In this document: one piece after another, positions 31,656-32,000 of the stretch | Layout of the letters: the number at the start of each line of letters is the position of its first letter | Position numbering within the stretch: the first letter of the stretch is position 1 | From: Megasphaera elsdenii DSM 20460 | Lineage (GTDB): Bacteria > Bacillota > Negativicutes > Veillonellales > Megasphaeraceae | Direction: 5' to 3' | Assembly (NCBI RefSeq): GCF_003010495.1 | Contig: NZ_CP027570.1 | Location: 1,710,001-1,742,000, forward strand | Length of the DNA stretch: 32,000 nt | Notes under the pieces: model-generated | What the model was told of the DNA's origin: nothing | What the model saw: the letters and a program-made list of their open reading frames with translations, nothing else | Databases searched by the model: none | Program-made: the position numbers and the translations under genes

Positions 31656-32000
31656 ATGAATTTTGATGAAGAAGCCATGAAAATCCGCCGCGGCAAACAC
31701 GGCATTATTGAAACAATCCCCCGGGAAGTCCTCAAGACCCACGACGACCTGAGTATCCTTTATACGCCGGGCGTTGCCCAGCCGTGCCGGGAAATCACGA
31801 AAGATCCGGACCTGTCTTTTGACCTGACCTGCCGCGGCAACATGATTGCTGTCGTATCCGATGGGACCCGTGTCCTCGGCCTGGGCGACATCGGGCCGGA
31901 AGCGGCCATGCCGGTCATGGAAGGGAAATCGGTCCTGTTCAAGGTCTTTGGCGGTGTCAATGCTGTCCCTATCTGCCTGGATACGAAGGACCCGAAGAAA
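31656..32000 (+). CDS. NAD(P)-dependent malic enzyme, 5' partial (runs off the window)
   Basis: This ORF is not in the supplied track because it is still open at the window edge. My translation is [19 protein letters not shown]...[16 protein letters not shown]...[43 protein letters not shown], typical of the short bacterial malic enzyme. The RBS AGGAGGAG lies upstream. Confidence 0.85.
   Translation, partial: MNFDEEAMKIRRGKHGIIETIPREVLKTHDDLSILYTPGVAQPCREITKDPDLSFDLTCRGNMIAVVSDGTRVLGLGDIGPEAAMPVMEGKSVLFKVFGGVNAVPICLDTKDPKK

Overview
This 32 kb window reads as ordinary chromosome from a diderm Firmicute. An SLH-anchored OmpM-type porin gene points to Negativicutes; the Megasphaera-like assignment is only an inference from composition and gene content. 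I support 27 protein-coding genes. They are a LysR regulator, rplM-rpsI, an Fe-alcohol dehydrogenase, a double-domain U32 peptidase-family protein, mutS2, and a four-gene operon (NAD(P)H-binding reductase, class-M sirtuin SirTM, Zn-type macrodomain, tiny exported protein). They continue with an OmpM-like porin, an HD-protein/CobB sirtuin pair, an AGCS alanine/glycine symporter, T-box-controlled ileS, and a group II intron with its RT/maturase. The rest are a panG-like/panB pair, split transketolase, a pncB-ARH-larE-nth operon, a SAM-I-riboswitch-controlled BrnQ-type transporter, an aldehyde dehydrogenase and the 5' end of a malic enzyme gene. There are no rRNA or tRNA genes and no CRISPR array. 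Six things stand out. (1) A SirTM/macrodomain ADP-ribosylation pair lacks its canonical GcvH-L/LplA2 partners, and its promoter carries three helically phased TGTAA-N9-TTACA palindromes. (2) A family of degenerate heptanucleotide tandem repeats (CCAC[TG]A[AG]-type and TTTGA[TA]G-type) sits at gene 3' ends, usually just upstream of sequence-related intrinsic terminators. (3) A class-C-like group II intron is inserted just past the ileS terminator, and a near-identical unoccupied terminator copy lies 6 kb away. (4) A SAM-I riboswitch drives a LIVCS (BrnQ) transporter. (5) NAD and ADP-ribose genes are unusually dense (two sirtuins, macrodomain, ADP-ribosylglycohydrolase, NaPRTase, LarE). (6) Terminator-containing leaders precede the pan and transketolase genes. 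All homology calls come from motif recognition by eye; no database search was possible.
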